Under the pieces are notes generated by a model. The model was not told where the DNA came from. It did no database searches and was given only the letters and a program-made list of their open reading frames with translations. A stretch of DNA of 64,000 bases from Octopus bimaculoides (lineage: Eukaryota): the NCBI RefSeq assembly GCF_001194135.2, contig NC_069000.1:14229299-14293298 (forward strand), written 5' to 3'. Below, piece by piece: positions 49,699 to 63,697 of the stretch. A program made the position numbers and the translations under genes. The number at the start of each line of letters is the position of its first letter. Position 1 is the stretch's first letter.

Positions 49699-49902
49699 TA
49701 TATATATGCATGTGTGTGTGCCCCAACATCACTTGACAACCAATGCTGGTGTGTTTATGTCCCCGTAACTTAACGGTTCGGCAAAAGAGACCGATAGAAT
49801 AAGTACTAGGCTTACAAAGAATAAGTCCTGGGGTTGATTTGCTCGACTAAAGGTGGTGCTCCAGCATGGCCGCAGTCAAAATGACTGAAACAAGTAAAAG
49901 AG
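49528..49902 (+). mobile_element. SINE family A copy nested within an RTE-tail fragment
   Basis: Near-consensus copy. RTE 3'-tail sequence lies on both sides (49440-49527 and 49903-50040). Confidence 0.8.
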
Positions 49903-50555
49903 TACACTCTTGGAGTGGTTGGCGTTAGGAAGAGCATCCAGCTGTAGAAACCTTGCCAAATCAGTATGGCGCCTGGTGCAGCCCTCTGGCTTGCCAGTCC
50001 TCAGTCAAACCATGGAAAGTGGATGTTAAATGATGATGATATATACAGGCTTTGGGTCAGTTTGGAGCTATAGTAGAAAACACTTGCCCAAGTTTTGCTG
50101 TGCAGTGGGACTGAACCAAAAGTCACATGTTTGAGAAGCAAATTTTTCCCATTAAACCTGCACCTATGTTGGAACAAATTTTTTTGTTTTCTTTACCTTG
50201 AAAATCAAAGGAGAGTAACTGCATTTAAGGCAGATTGAAAACATGTCACTTCTGTTTGACTCTGTATGGCAAAGACAGCAAGACATTTAATGTTGTGCAG
50301 CAATGTCTAGATTTATTAATGCAATTACCTTTCTACTGCTGTCTATGTGATTGATTCCATAAGGTTGCTATAGTTTTGTTCTGGAATGTTGTAACAATGG
50401 TTAGACATTTAGTGACAAGCTGTAAATAGGTTGGAGCAGGCAGGTTACTATCAACTGTGTTTCTCACACGTCTAAATGGTTTTGCAATTTTGATGTATGT
50501 TAGTGTTTTGACCTACATCAACCCTCATCAAATAAATCTACGATGTAAAGCTTTC

Positions 50556-50805
50556 CAGCAGTTCTCAATCAGGACCCATATGATCCCTGAGGGTCCATAT
50601 ACAATTTTTTTTGTTAAAATTAATTGGCAATAAATTGGTTGTACTTCTACAATACACAAAATATTTTAGCAATTTTTTTTTTTTACAATTCATAATATTT
50701 AATTATAAAAAGGATCTTTTTAAACATTGAATGGCTATGAGGATCCAGCAGAGTGAAATAAAGTATCAGAGCGATCCATAGGCCAAAAATGGTTGAGAAC
50801 CAGTG
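50556..50805. mobile_element. Older hAT-like MITE
   Basis: Imperfect TIRs cagcagttctcaatc / ggttgagaaccagtg. No intact TSD. Confidence 0.6.
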
Positions 50806-51505
50806 ATCTAGAACATTTGTGAGGTTTTTTTGTTTTGTCAAAGGAACTGAAATTTTTTATACTGTAGAAGCTTCAGCAACATACTACAAGTTAAGGTATA
50901 TCTGATTTTTATGATTCCTTTTGCAAGTATATTTTAGAAAAATCATGTATAAATTATAAATGTGACTATTGATTTTTGGATAATGAGTTTCTTATTGGAC
51001 AATGAAGAAATAACTGAAATTCATTTTAGATTTTGTTGTTCTTTATTTCACCCTTTTGTTACCATATTTCTATTGAGATACAGTCATTTTCTCAATTAGT
51101 TTTGAAAATATTAAAAAAATTTTCTAGTGGTAGCAGTGCAACGGCAGCAAAAGACTGGCATATCTAGTTTTAAGGGTTAGTCAGTACCATCAATCCTGGC
51201 ACTTGTCATTGTACTTTTATTGACCCAGATAGATTAAAGGCAAAGTTGGTTTCAGCAGGATTTGAACTGAGGTCATTTTTGCATGATAATAATGATTCTT
51301 TCTAATTTTAGCAGAATGCCGGCAGTTTTGAGGGGAGGGTGAAGCTATTTATGTTGACCTCAGTGCTGAACTGGTTTTTATTGACCCTGAAAGGATGAAA
51401 AGCAAAATCAATCTCAGCAGAATTTGAACTCAGAACATGATGAGTCAGAAGAAATACCACCAAGTATTTTGTTTGATGTTCTAACAATTATGCCAGCTTG
51501 CTGCC

Positions 51506-51506
<1 letters not shown>

Positions 51507-51582
<76 letters not shown>
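51507..51582. repeat. (AAT)n microsatellite
   Basis: Pure AAT run beside a family C SINE. Confidence 0.95.
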
Positions 51583-52663
51583 TTATGATTTAAGTACAAG
51601 GCCAGTAATTTTTAGGTGAAGGGGTTAGTCATTAACACCAATCCCCAGTACTAGACTGGCAGTTTATAACCCCTGAGGGATGAAAGGCAATGTTGACCTC
51701 AGCAAGAATTGAAATAAGAATGTAAAGAACCGGAAGATGTACAGCAAGGCTTTTTTGTTTTCCAATGCTCTAATAATAATAAACAAAAAACAAGGATTAT
51801 AGGAGGCATACTATGAAGTTAAAACCACACCTTTGTGAAATCCTGCTAAGGAAGTCCCTTGGGATAAATAAAAACCATCTTCTTCAATGTCTGGGAAAAG
51901 TTCTTTCAAACTAGAACAGGGTTATTGAGTTATACACACTGTAATGTGTTATATAGGACGTTACTATTTATAGAGTATTAGGAATTATTTCTTACAGATG
52001 TTTGCATCAGTTGGGTTAATTTACAATTTGTGATATTTCTATTTCATTTTTTTTTTTTAATGTCATTGAATATTTTTTTGGTGAGTAGGTATAGAGCATC
52101 AAACTATTTATTACTGTTGTATGTATTTTATGGTTATATTGATTAGTAAGTCTTTTGTAATTATGATTAATCCTTTGATTGTATCTTAGCAAAATTAATT
52201 AGTTTTGTGCATGCATAAAGACTACAGTTCAATATAATATAATATAATATACATTGCATGTGAAAAATAAAGGACTTCTCAAAGAATGTTTGATTCACTG
52301 TGCTTGTATGAATCTAAATGATGCTCAGTTTTTAGATAAACTAGGTATGTTGTGTCATGTAAACTTGTGACAATACATAGATTCCCAATTGAATGTTGGT
52401 AGTTAGATAATCAATCCACACAAAGGAATAAGTTAATGTTGAGGGAGTATTAAAAAAAAACTTAATAGAAACAACTATGCAATGAAAAAAGAAAAAGCAC
52501 ATGAATCACTTGTTAATTTTTAATTATTTTGGCAAGTATGGGAGATAACTCAAGTTATTTTTTGGTGTTATTATGACCTCATCAGAGAAACATAGATATG
52601 TAGCAGCCACTATAACTCAAAAAACGCATGTGAAAAACGGGGATAAAGAATCATCCCTTATCA

Positions 52664-53054
52664 TTTATCTTTTACTTGTTTCAGTCAACAGACTGCAGCC
52701 ATGCTGGGGCACCACTTTGAAGAATTTTTAGTTGAATGAATCAATCCCAGTATGCATATTTTTTAATGCCTGGTATTTATTCTATCAGTCTCTTGCTGAA
52801 CTGCTAAGTTACAGGGACATGAACACACCAATATGTGTGAGACGTGGTGGTGGAGAACAAACAGAAAGACACACACATATATAGATGTATATATAGGCTT
52901 CTTTCAGTTTCCATCACCAAATCCACTCACAAGGCTTTGGTCAGCCTGAGGTTATAGTAGAAGACACTTGCGCAAGGTGTCATGCAGTGGGACTGAACCC
53001 AGAACCATGTAGTTGGGAAGCAAGCTTCTTACCATACAGCCATGTCTATGCCTA
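52664..53054 (-). mobile_element. SINE family A copy
   Basis: Full reverse-complement copy. Confidence 0.78.
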
Positions 53055-53509
53055 TATCCTAACAGTTTGAAAACTTTGAAGTTATGAAGTAATATATCTT
53101 GTTCATTATTTCACCACCCACTTGACAACAACATACATTATTTTTGAAACTAAACTATTTCTTGTATTTACTTAAGTTTATTTTGAAATATTTTACATAG
53201 CTATCTCATTTTAGGTCTCACTCATGTTCAGTTCACATATTCAAAGCATTTTGTTTTCTTAAAAAGTTGGTTATACATGTTCAGTATATATCAAACATAT
53301 TATTAGCTTTGAATAACAAAAATGTGTGTGTGTGTGTGTGTGTGTGTGTGAGTGAGTGCGTTTGCCTGTCTTTCTTTTCCTTTTTCTGTTTCTTTTTTCC
53401 TGTCTGTCGCTTTTTTTCTTTCTTTCTTTTTGTCATACATACTGCTTGAGTATAAAGAGAAGTTTAATAATTAGGCTAAATGTGTACCCGGGTTGCCATT
53501 ATACTTATT

Positions 53510-53545
<36 letters not shown>

Positions 53546-53755
53546 CATATTGGCAACCCAGGTAAAATTTATATGCATACACATACGTATGTATGTATTT
53601 ATATGTATGAATACATGTATGCATATATATATGTATGTGTGCTTGTTTATATATATATATGTATATATAAGTATGAATACATGTATATATATGTATGAAT
53701 ACATGTATATATATGTATGAATACATGTGTGTATATATATATATGTATGGATACA
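53510..53755. repeat. (TG)n/(TA)n/(TATG)n compound microsatellite field
   Basis: Directly visible. It is the source of several spurious YI/CV-rich ORFs. Confidence 0.9.
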
Positions 53756-53843
53756 TAGTGAGAATTTACAAAAAAACGAAAGACGAAGATGTGTGTGTAA
53801 ACAACAAACATGTATTAGTTTAACACTCAGGTAGTGAGAAAGT

Positions 53844-53882
53844 CTTTTACGTTTCGAGCCTAGGCTCATCGACAGAAAGGAA
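53844..53882 (-). ncRNA. Minimal hammerhead-like variant (Penelope-type relic)
   Basis: The minus strand reads CTTT-CTGTCGA-T-GAGCC-TA-GGCTC-GAAA-C-G-TA-AAAG: 4-bp stem I, 5-bp stem II, palindromic ACGT stem III. The core is non-canonical at A6. Confidence 0.35.
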
Positions 53883-55444
53883 TACATTATCTGATTTTGT
53901 AAAATCAGATAATGTGTTTGTCTTGAAGAGAGTTGAATTTTTGCATTTTGTAGAGCAATTTTCTTTACTGAGAAACAAGAACATTAGTCTCTCTTTTTTT
54001 CTTTTTTTTTTTTGCATTCATTTTCATTTATTTTTATTTTTATTTTTTATTTGTTTATTTTTTCAAATTACATTCATGTGACTAACCTACATAGAATTGT
54101 ACGGTTTAAGTGATTGGACAAGGTCAGAGAGTGAAAAAAATTTTCTTCAACAACAAATAGACATGGCCTCTGTTAGTGTCTAGGCAAATGCAAAGTTTGG
54201 TATCAGGAAGGGCATCTTTTTGTTTAAAGAAAAAAAAAAAAACTGGCTCAATAAGTTTCATCTGTGTAAGTATCTATATGTTTCTGAATGTGTATATGCA
54301 TATATATGTGTGTGTGTGTGTGTATAATGTGAAGTGGTTATGAATATGTATGTGCGTGTGTGTGTATAGTGTGAAGTGGTTAGGGTACTGAATTCATGAT
54401 TACAAGATCATAGTTTTAATTTCCACATTGATAGTGTGTTGTGTTCTTGAGCAAAACGCTTCATTTCACATTATTCCAGTTCACTCAGCTGGCTGATGTT
54501 CCATTCGGTGTGGTTAATGTTGGCCTACCTGTGTAGTCAGTGGGGTGACATAATTCAAAAGCTACAACAGTACAAGGAAGCACATTTGATATCCTGATCA
54601 ATGAAGTAATGTATGAAATGAGTATATACATAGACATGTATACATCCATGTGTATCCTCATCATCATTTTTAACATCAACTTTTCCAAGGGACAAATGGT
54701 GTTTATTGATTCAATTTTCTACAGCTGAATGCTTTTCCAGCTGTTCACCCTCACCTATTTCCAAGTAAGGTATGTGTGTATATGCTTGTATATGTATGTA
54801 TCATCATCATCACCTTTTTTTACTATTTTCCCATGCTTGGAAAGGTTGGAACAAGTCCTCTCCAAGACAGCATCCTGCCACTTGTTGCATTCCTTTGTCA
54901 TCCTCTTTGTTAAAAGTTCAGTTTCCTAAGATTAGCCTTCACCACTTCTGCATGTTTTCCTTGGTCTTCTATGTGAATGTCCTGGTGCTTCTTCGACCTA
55001 TCTGACCTAAATTAAAACCTTCCATCAAAATGTCATGTTAATTTATGTTTGAGACATGTTAATAATGGCAAAATTATCCTACTAACATCCACATTATTTT
55101 CAAAATTAATATAAACTAGTGGGACCCATGAATATTTAATGGAATTAATGGTAAACCTATTGGGTTATTTCTTTAATCTTTATCCAAAAACCTGAAAGTG
55201 AAGCCAGTGTTGTACCTTTATCAAAAAGTCACTCATCTGCTAATCATTGAAAAGCGAAGGAAATTGAAACACGGTGATTACTTAATGTACTTTATTTATA
55301 TACTTTATGCACAATTTTATAGACTTAATACACAGGAATCATAGAAAAAAAAACATTACATTTTAAAATTTACATGGTCACAATTTCATACCTAGAAAAC
55401 CATAATTTTTATAGTAAAAAAAATTATTTTAGATGTAAAATATA

Positions 55445-55770
55445 GGGGCACTGTCTTGAAGATTTAAGTAGAAGAAATCAACCCCAGTATTTATTTTTTA
55501 AAGTCTGATATTTGTTCTGTTGGTCTCTTTTGCTGAATTGCTAAGTTACAAGGGTGTAAACCAACCAGAAACAGTTAAGTGTGTGTTTGAGACAAAAACA
55601 CACACACACACAATGGATTTCCACTGTTTCCATTTACCATATTCACCCACAAGGCATTGGTCAACCCAAGGCCATAGCTGAAAACACATGCCCAAGGTGC
55701 TATGCAGTAGAACTGAACCTGAAACCACATGGTTGCAAAACTAGCTTCTTAGCTACACAGTTACACCTGT
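55445..55770 (-). mobile_element. SINE family A copy, diverged
   Basis: Reverse-complement head and 3' block. Confidence 0.7.
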
Positions 55771-56204
55771 GCCATTTGCGTATTTTTAACATGTTCACAA
55801 AGAATAAATTGCTTTTATGATGTGTTTTCTGCTCTGTCATAATGAATTTTTTATTGCAATTAATTTCTTTTACTGATTATATCATTACAATGTAATTTCA
55901 CCTGTAAATAAAAATAGTGTTTGTAGCGACACTGATTATGATTATCAACAGTACGGGCTGAGAGAAGGTACCTGAGGAGAGTGTTCTGCATACTAAATAT
56001 ACCGTAATCTCACATATGTAATATAGTAATATCATAAATTGACTACATACGGTAGTCTCCACATATGTAATATAGTAAGGTGTAAAAACTAGATATTATC
56101 TTTGCAACAAGGCAGCAAAAAAAAAAACTTGCCCTGGGAGTGTTTATAGTTTAAAAACAACAAGCAAGATAGCTCCTATTTTATCTGTCAATATCAGCCC
56201 TATT

Positions 56205-56253
<49 letters not shown>

Positions 56254-56734
56254 TCTGTTATTTTTGAGACTAAGTCGACGAATTGCACACAGGTACAAAG
56301 TGATAATGTATGTATATGTATTATTATATTATGAATCATTGTATTCATATTATTAATATTTATGTTCATGAAATATATTTATGTCGTAATGAATCGGTTG
56401 TAAGTACAGAATTAAAAATGCCATCATAAATTCCAGTCTTTATACGTATATGTACATGTGCGTGTATATATGTATATATATATGTATGCAGATATGCATA
56501 CATACAGACACACATAGAGAGAGAGAGAGAAAGAGAAAGAAAGATGTTTCATCATAGGGAGGATTTCATAACTACCTGATAGGCTAGGTGATTAGTACTT
56601 TGCTAAGAACAGGTGGGGGTTGGTGTAAGGAAGGACATCCAATTATAGAAAATTCTGCCTCAACAAAGTTTCAATTGATCCATACAAGTGTGGAAAGGTA
56701 GATATTAAAGTGATGATAGCCATCTGTTGTGTAT

Positions 56735-56776
<42 letters not shown>

Positions 56777-58564
56777 CAAATAATTTGAGTATATGCGTAT
56801 ATACGTACATGTATGTACATACCTACATCTACATGTATATATAGATGCATATCTGGGTACAGGATGTTGCAAAAAAAAAGTGGACAAAATGATAAACAGA
56901 GTACAGAAAACACACAAGCCTCATAGAGAACATTTCCTTCATCAGCTGCCACCATTCTAAAACTAAGCGTTTCGAAGAGTTATATATATATATATATATA
57001 TATAAAATCATGCCAGCATGTCTGGGCTGTGCAGTTGAGAAACTTAGTTCACAACCTTGTGATTGGGGGCTTCAATCTCACTGCACCATGAGTAATTATT
57101 TTCTACTATAGCCCTGAGCTAGCTAATGCCTTGTATGTGATTTGGAAGTTGTTTATATATGTGTGCGTGCATGTGTGTCAAATCTAGACATATGTGTCTG
57201 TATGTGTATAAAAATATTCATATATTTTTCTGTATTTTAAATATGTTTTTCATTATCATTTTAAGATATATACAATTAACTTAGTGTCATTATTGAAGGT
57301 ATAGATACAACATGTGTGTGTGTGTGTGTGGTTTTTGGATAAAGTGTTTAAAAGTATATATAAAGATGTTGAATGTGTTTCATATTAAAAACTAGAGAAT
57401 CTGTGTTGTAATATAATAATGACTAATTGAATAATTATCAATGCATTACAGATTAATTTTTTTTTTCTTTTGTTTCAATTTTATCTATATGTAACATAGC
57501 ATTATATTCTATCTATCCCAACATGATAATTAGTTGACTGAACGTTTCATTGTTTTTTTATGAATATTTCATCCATCTGTTAATCGTTATGTGCCATATT
57601 GATTTTTGAAAGCGGGGTGTGATATGTGTCTGTGTGAAAATATAGCATTGACTCTTAGATGGCAGCGTAGAATATGTTTGGATGTTTTCTGTAAACATAT
57701 CAAATGTCAGCTATTATATTATATGTTGCAAAATAAAAGCAAACCATCTCGGTTTTTAATAGGTTTTTGCAAAAATAAAATTAAAAAATAAAAATAAATT
57801 CTCATATTTATTGATAAATTGCTTAATGTAATTACCTCAATTATTTTCATCTTATTTTTTTAACTAAAATTACTTTCAATGCATAATTTGGAATGAATAT
57901 TAACATGGGTTTTTCTTTCCAATATCATTGTTTGCCGTAATTTTATATATAGTTTTAATACTTGTAATATTTATGTTCAGGTGTGCACATACACATTTTC
58001 TTTTAGTGGTTTCACTCACTGACTAGCCATGCTGGCACACTGCCTACAACGGTTTTTAGTTGATTATAGCAACACTAGTATATATTTCATTACTTATTTT
58101 ATGGTTCTATATTCTACAGATTACCGAAGTTGCCATTTAAATTCAGCACTATTTTTGTTCTTAGCTGGCAGTGTTGTGTAAAACACACACACACAGCATT
58201 AAAAGAAAATATAAATGGGGTAGGTTTATGATCAGAATTATTAGTTTGACACACGAAAAAGTGGAAAGAATTTATTCTCATGTTTTAGATATTATCCTTC
58301 TTTGGAATGTAGATGGAGAGCGGAAAGATGAGGACAAAATATAAAAGAAAAAAAGTCCAGGCAAAGCGCCAAATTTGATGGCATAAAAGACGCACCCCAA
58401 TTTCAGCATCACATATTCAGGGGCAAAAAATGTTTTTAGTGCTTAAAACTTATGAGAGGCCCAACTTCACATATCAGATTTAATATGATTTTTTTGAAAC
58501 TTTTTCTTTAGTTTTTTTTTTAAATTAAAAATTTTTTTTTTGGTAAAAAGTGCATCTTATATGC

Positions 58565-58925
58565 ATTGCTTTTGTGCTTTCTGGTAGCCAGCTCTTCATA
58601 GTCTTTTAGTATCCTCCCATCTGGCATCTGGAGTGTGTGGTCCAACCAGCAAAGTTGTCATTATTGAAGTAGGCAGAAGAGGTTGAGTATTTGGGCAAGA
58701 GTCAGAACCTTATTAGTGATTTGGTCAGTTCACAATTTATCCAGTATGCATCACAGGCTGCAGAGGTGGAAGGAATTGAGACATTATTCTTCTGTAGATT
58801 AGTGGTTCCAGGTCTTAATGACTTGAAGCAGTTTGCTAATGACATAAGCTCTATAAACTGCAACTTTGGTGTACATTATTAGCTTATTATTCTCCCAGAT
58901 TTTAGGCAGAATTTGTCTGTGATGA
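58565..58925 (-). mobile_element. Degenerate RTE-type LINE RT C-terminal (thumb) fragment
   Basis: The reverse strand reads KIWENNKLIMYTKVAVYRAYVISKLL..CLNSFHLCSL..W.DQITN..WLDHTLQMPDGRILKD, with many stops. Confidence 0.7.
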
Positions 58926-61900
58926 TGAAGCCAAAGCATGCGAACTCAAGAACCACTTCCAGTTTATAATTGTCCTCTGCAAAAGTATGTCTGGCCACAA
59001 TGAAATATTACCTTGCTTGGAAACAGGTGAGGGTTAATGACAAGAAGAGCATCCAACCATAGAAAATCTACCTCAATAAACTCAATCCAGCCTATGCAGG
59101 CATTAAAATGGTGATGATGATAGTGCAGCTGGGTTTATCTCAATACAGTAATGAGCTTTACTTGGGATTGCTTCAAACTCCATTCATGCTCCATTTCTTC
59201 CCAAAAGCCCAAGTGCTGTGCAATTCTATGGAGAGTGGTGCCTTATTAAATGGTGTCTTGCATTGAGTTAGAGACTTTCATTAGAAATACTGCGAAACTA
59301 GTGATTCACTTATTGTAAGCTTGTTGCCAACAATGGCTATTGTTTGCAAATCGCAAAAATAGAATAAATGAAAATTAAATAAAATAATAAATAATAACCT
59401 TTTACTGAAAGTAGGGTGGGGTAGGGTAGGGTGAGGAAACAACTTTTTAATGAATTGCAAACAACTTTGTATTGAAATAATTCAGTTCGGCATCTGTTAA
59501 TCACCAGACATTGAAAATATTAATGGTGACAGAATAATAAACGTCAATTTGTATATTTCCCATTTGGAAAGAATCAATTTGGAAATAGATAAATTGGAAT
59601 TTGTTGAAAAATGGCAGGAAAGAAAATCTGACAGATTTGAAATTTTCTTTTTTTGATTAGTAAAAATTTTCCTTTTTTTATTTTTTTTCTGTTAAGAAAG
59701 TTTAATGCAGTTTTTTTTTTTTTTTTGGTTTCTTTTTTAGATAATTTTTTTTAAAAATTTGATGTTGAAGAGACTAAATCAACTTAAGTAGAATTTAAAC
59801 TCTGTATAATGATGCTACCATTAAGCTATCATTTCTCCATCAAATCTAAAATGTTAGGTTGTTCTGATGAGCAGAATAAATTGGAACATTTGTATATATA
59901 ATTACAGAGCTTTGTTAGAGGAAAAATTTAGTAATATTGTTTAATACTATGGTTGAACACTTTACATTATATAAAAAAGAAATCACCCATTTGATTGCTT
60001 ATAATTAATAAATGATCGACTTTGAAAGAATTCTTTCTGAAGTGAAATTATTTCATTATTTTTATTTGCCAATATTAAATTAGTCCTTTGACTAATTTTT
60101 ATATTTATATCTAAAATGATTATTCTAATAACTATCTTTACTACTTTTTTTTTAATCCTTCATTCAAATACAACATGTAATTTTCAAGATTATATATGTT
60201 GAAAGTAGAATAGAATTTTTTGTGAATAATGAACATATGTGTGCATGTAGGCACATACATAATTCATCTGTTATTTAAAAATGCAGAATACTCAATGTAC
60301 ACATCATGGCTTAACATCTGTTTTCCATGCTGGCATAGGTTGGATAGTTTGACAGGATCCGGTGAGCCACAGGGCCGCTTCATGCTTTGGCATGGTTTCT
60401 ATGACTGAATGTCCTTCCTAATGCCAACCACTTTACAGTGTGTACTTTATTTTTTATATACCACTGACATTAATAAGGTTGCCAAATAACTTGTAAGACT
60501 GGAAAGGAAAAGCTCCCCCAACTAAGTGGAGGAAGTATTTGAGATGGGTAAGAGATGGTTTTATGCCAGGGACAAGCAGAAGTGCCTTGCTCTACAGGAG
60601 ATATGTAGCATTACATAAGGGTGTAAGTAGCTGAGAAGGTAAGATGGTAGTAATGGAGTACCAGAGCAAGCCTTCAAGGACCAAGAGATGATACAGACAG
60701 GGGATCAGGCTGAGGACAAAAGGTTTTGTGGGAATCAAGGCACTCATCAGTGAGTTGAAAGATGGTCAAATATTACCATATAACAGAAGTGTGTTGGTGT
60801 ATGTTTGCATGTACCCTTGTTTTGACATCATGTGATAATTTTAAACAAGCATCACTGTCATACAAGCAGTGTTGTTCATTTCCAAGTATGTTGCTTAGTT
60901 GTTAGGGTATCCAGCTTGTGATTGTAAGGACGGGAGCTTGATTATTGGCAGTGCATTGTGTCCTTCAGCAAGACACTTTATTTCACGTTGCTACAGTCCA
61001 CTCAGCTGGTAAAGATGTAAAGTGCATGTATTTCAAAGGGCCAGCCATGTCACACTCTGTCATACTGAATCTCCCTGGGAACTACCATAGTTTAACATGT
61101 ATAAGGAACCCTTTTTTTGTTAAAAATTAGGTTAAAAAAAATATTGTCACTGTGGTTTGAAAGATATGTTTTTACAAATGCTAATTAATACATTCACAGC
61201 AGTGCATCAGCCCTCTCAATACTTGAATCCAAGTTACACTTGAAACTAGAGCTTGCTGTATTTAGCTGTCAAAATGTGGGAGAATTATCTAGAAGCTACA
61301 AGGGCTATGTAGACTAGCAAAGTACAAGCTTTCAAAGGCTGCATTCAGAAACATCTCTTAACACTCTCATTGTTGGAAATATGATCCAGCAACACTATTG
61401 TTTATAAATGTATGCATGAAAAATGTAACAACGATTTACCAGTATAGAATCATGACTACATTATGCTGGTTGAGGTTTTAAGTCCAGAAAATTCTTCTGT
61501 TTTTAAACAGCACTTAATCCTGTACAGAATGCAAATACATTCTATACTAACCCTTTGCCCATGTTGTGTATCATATGTGGTACACAGAACAGATTTCCAT
61601 GATAATGTGATAAATATTCTCAGTTTTGTTTTTCAGTTCAGAGTAACTTGGGATTTACAAAAAGAAAGCTTCATATTATTCAGAATGCAACAAAACAAAC
61701 ATGGATGTTCAGGACAAACTTAGGAAAATGCTTTGGATAGACAAATAGAGTATTCGCTATTCTGAACTGATTCTACTTTGGTTACTAATAACAAATTTTT
61801 ACCCAACCTACCAACTACTTGCAACACCAGTAATTTGTCAATCACAATTTTTCTGTCAGTAGAAGTGAAATTTGTCTAAGTATACTGATGATGTGCAAAC

Positions 61901-63578
61901 ATGCAGAAGTCCAGATTTAGCAATTCCACTGCTATTGCCGGACACTTTTTGTTGGCTATTGATATGCTTGTGTGCTTTTAAGCACTATATGTCTACACGA
62001 GATGTTTTCTCAAGATGAATGCCACAATGTTGTGACCTTCTACTCTATATCCATGTTAAGTAAGATATATAGAATGCAATTCTGATTTAATACCACATCC
62101 ATCACTAATAAGTTCTTTTTATTTTTTCATTTTATTTTTTTTTTTTTAACATATAACAGACATTAAGGACAAATAACATGACCACTATAAAAACTTGAAA
62201 CTGATTTACAGCTTTTGTTTCCCAGGCATTTTTATTTATTTAGGACCTGTTAAGACATGCTCACAGCTTCTTTTAATACTGTTAAGTTTGTTCAACAAAA
62301 CATTGATTAATTGCTTCTTTTTTGTCTTCTTTGTCATACTCTTAAGTTTCGCATTATTTACCTATAGATATGTTAATAATAGGAAATTGGAACTCATTGA
62401 TATCAGCTCCAACTAAACCAGAAAATCTCTTGTTGTTCTCTTAAGTTTTCTTTGTGATTTGTATTGCCATATAGCAAAACCTCATGAACTGGAGTATCTT
62501 TCAATAACTTTACAGTTCTTATTAAATCCTCTAAATCTGAGATTTTATTAAATCTCTTTATCTTATGCTTTAAACTAATTCTAAATAATTTTTTTTCTTT
62601 TCATATTTGCAGATGTGCAATGGGAGAAATACAGGTGCAGTCATATAAAGTAAGTACTTTCAAGATTTGTAAGGTCTTTTTATGACATTTTATGAATGCA
62701 CATAGAGATATACAACAAAGAAAAATTTTGCACATACACAAACACATACTTGAGATACAGCAAGCAATTATACAGTACACAATTGTAGATGTGTACATGT
62801 CATTGCAAGCAATAATGTATTGTTGAATTGGTAACTTTTGCACATATACTATAATAATAATAATAATAATATCCATTTTCATTTAACGTCCAGTTTTCCA
62901 TGTTTGCATGGATCAGATTAACCAGACATATTTTCACAGAAGATTGGGAACAAAAGATACTTCTTGCGCAACATTTGCATTCGTTTACAACTATCACATG
63001 ATGTCAATGCAAAAAAGACTGTGTGAGACACACACACATGATGAGCTTCTTCCAGTTTTGATCCACCAAATCCACTCACAAGGCTTTGGTCGGCTCGAGG
63101 CTTTAGTAGAAGGCACTTTCCTAAGGTGCCACTCAGTTGGACTGAATCCAAGACCATATTGTTGGAAAGCAAGCTTCTCAACCACACAGCCACACCTGTG
63201 CCTAAATCAGGGGATGCATACCGCTGAAAATTTCCGCTATATAAATACATGTAGATGGATATGAAATAATGTTCTTTTGCGAATAGCTACGCTTGTAAAT
63301 TAAGCTGTATGTATGTACGTACGTGCACGTGTGCGCACGCATACACACACTTTATTTGTGGGTTAACAAGGCTACCATTGGTTTCATACTGAGAATTCTT
63401 GGCAGTTATCAAGCCTGCCACATGGGATGGAGACAGATACCAACATTCCATGTGGTAGGCTTGATAATTGCTGAGCATTCTCTGCATGAAACCTATAGTA
63501 GCCTTGTTGATCCACAAATAAAGAATATTTATTCACCAATGTGGTGTTGCACTCATTCTCACTGTTTCGGTCCTCATT

Positions 63579-63611
63579 CTCTCTCTCTCTCTCTTTCTCT
63601 ATCTCTCTCTT

Positions 63612-63643
<32 letters not shown>

Positions 63644-63652
63644 CCTCCCTCC

Positions 63653-63693
<41 letters not shown>
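63579..63693. repeat. (CT)n microsatellite
   Basis: Directly visible. Confidence 0.95.

Positions 63694-63697
<4 letters not shown>

Noticed and set aside
52555-52588. Minus-strand CTGATGA-GGT..ACC-AAAA
   Set aside because: G12 is missing and there is no stem III, so it is too degenerate to call.
53471-53887. YI/CV/HT-rich and poly-N/I/L/Y ORFs (also 9448-9698, 15566-15850, 32016-32210, 51414-51599, 63323-63937)
   Set aside because: They are translations of microsatellites with no splice or homology support.
56936-56980. CTGATGAAG and CGAAAC on the minus strand
   Set aside because: The order is reversed for type I, and no stem III or cleavage triplet fits a type II fold. At most a fragmented relic.
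62195-62416. 73-aa hydrophobic ORF resembling a small membrane protein
   Set aside because: TTG start, and the F/L/I richness is expected from T-rich intron-like DNA. No supporting signals.
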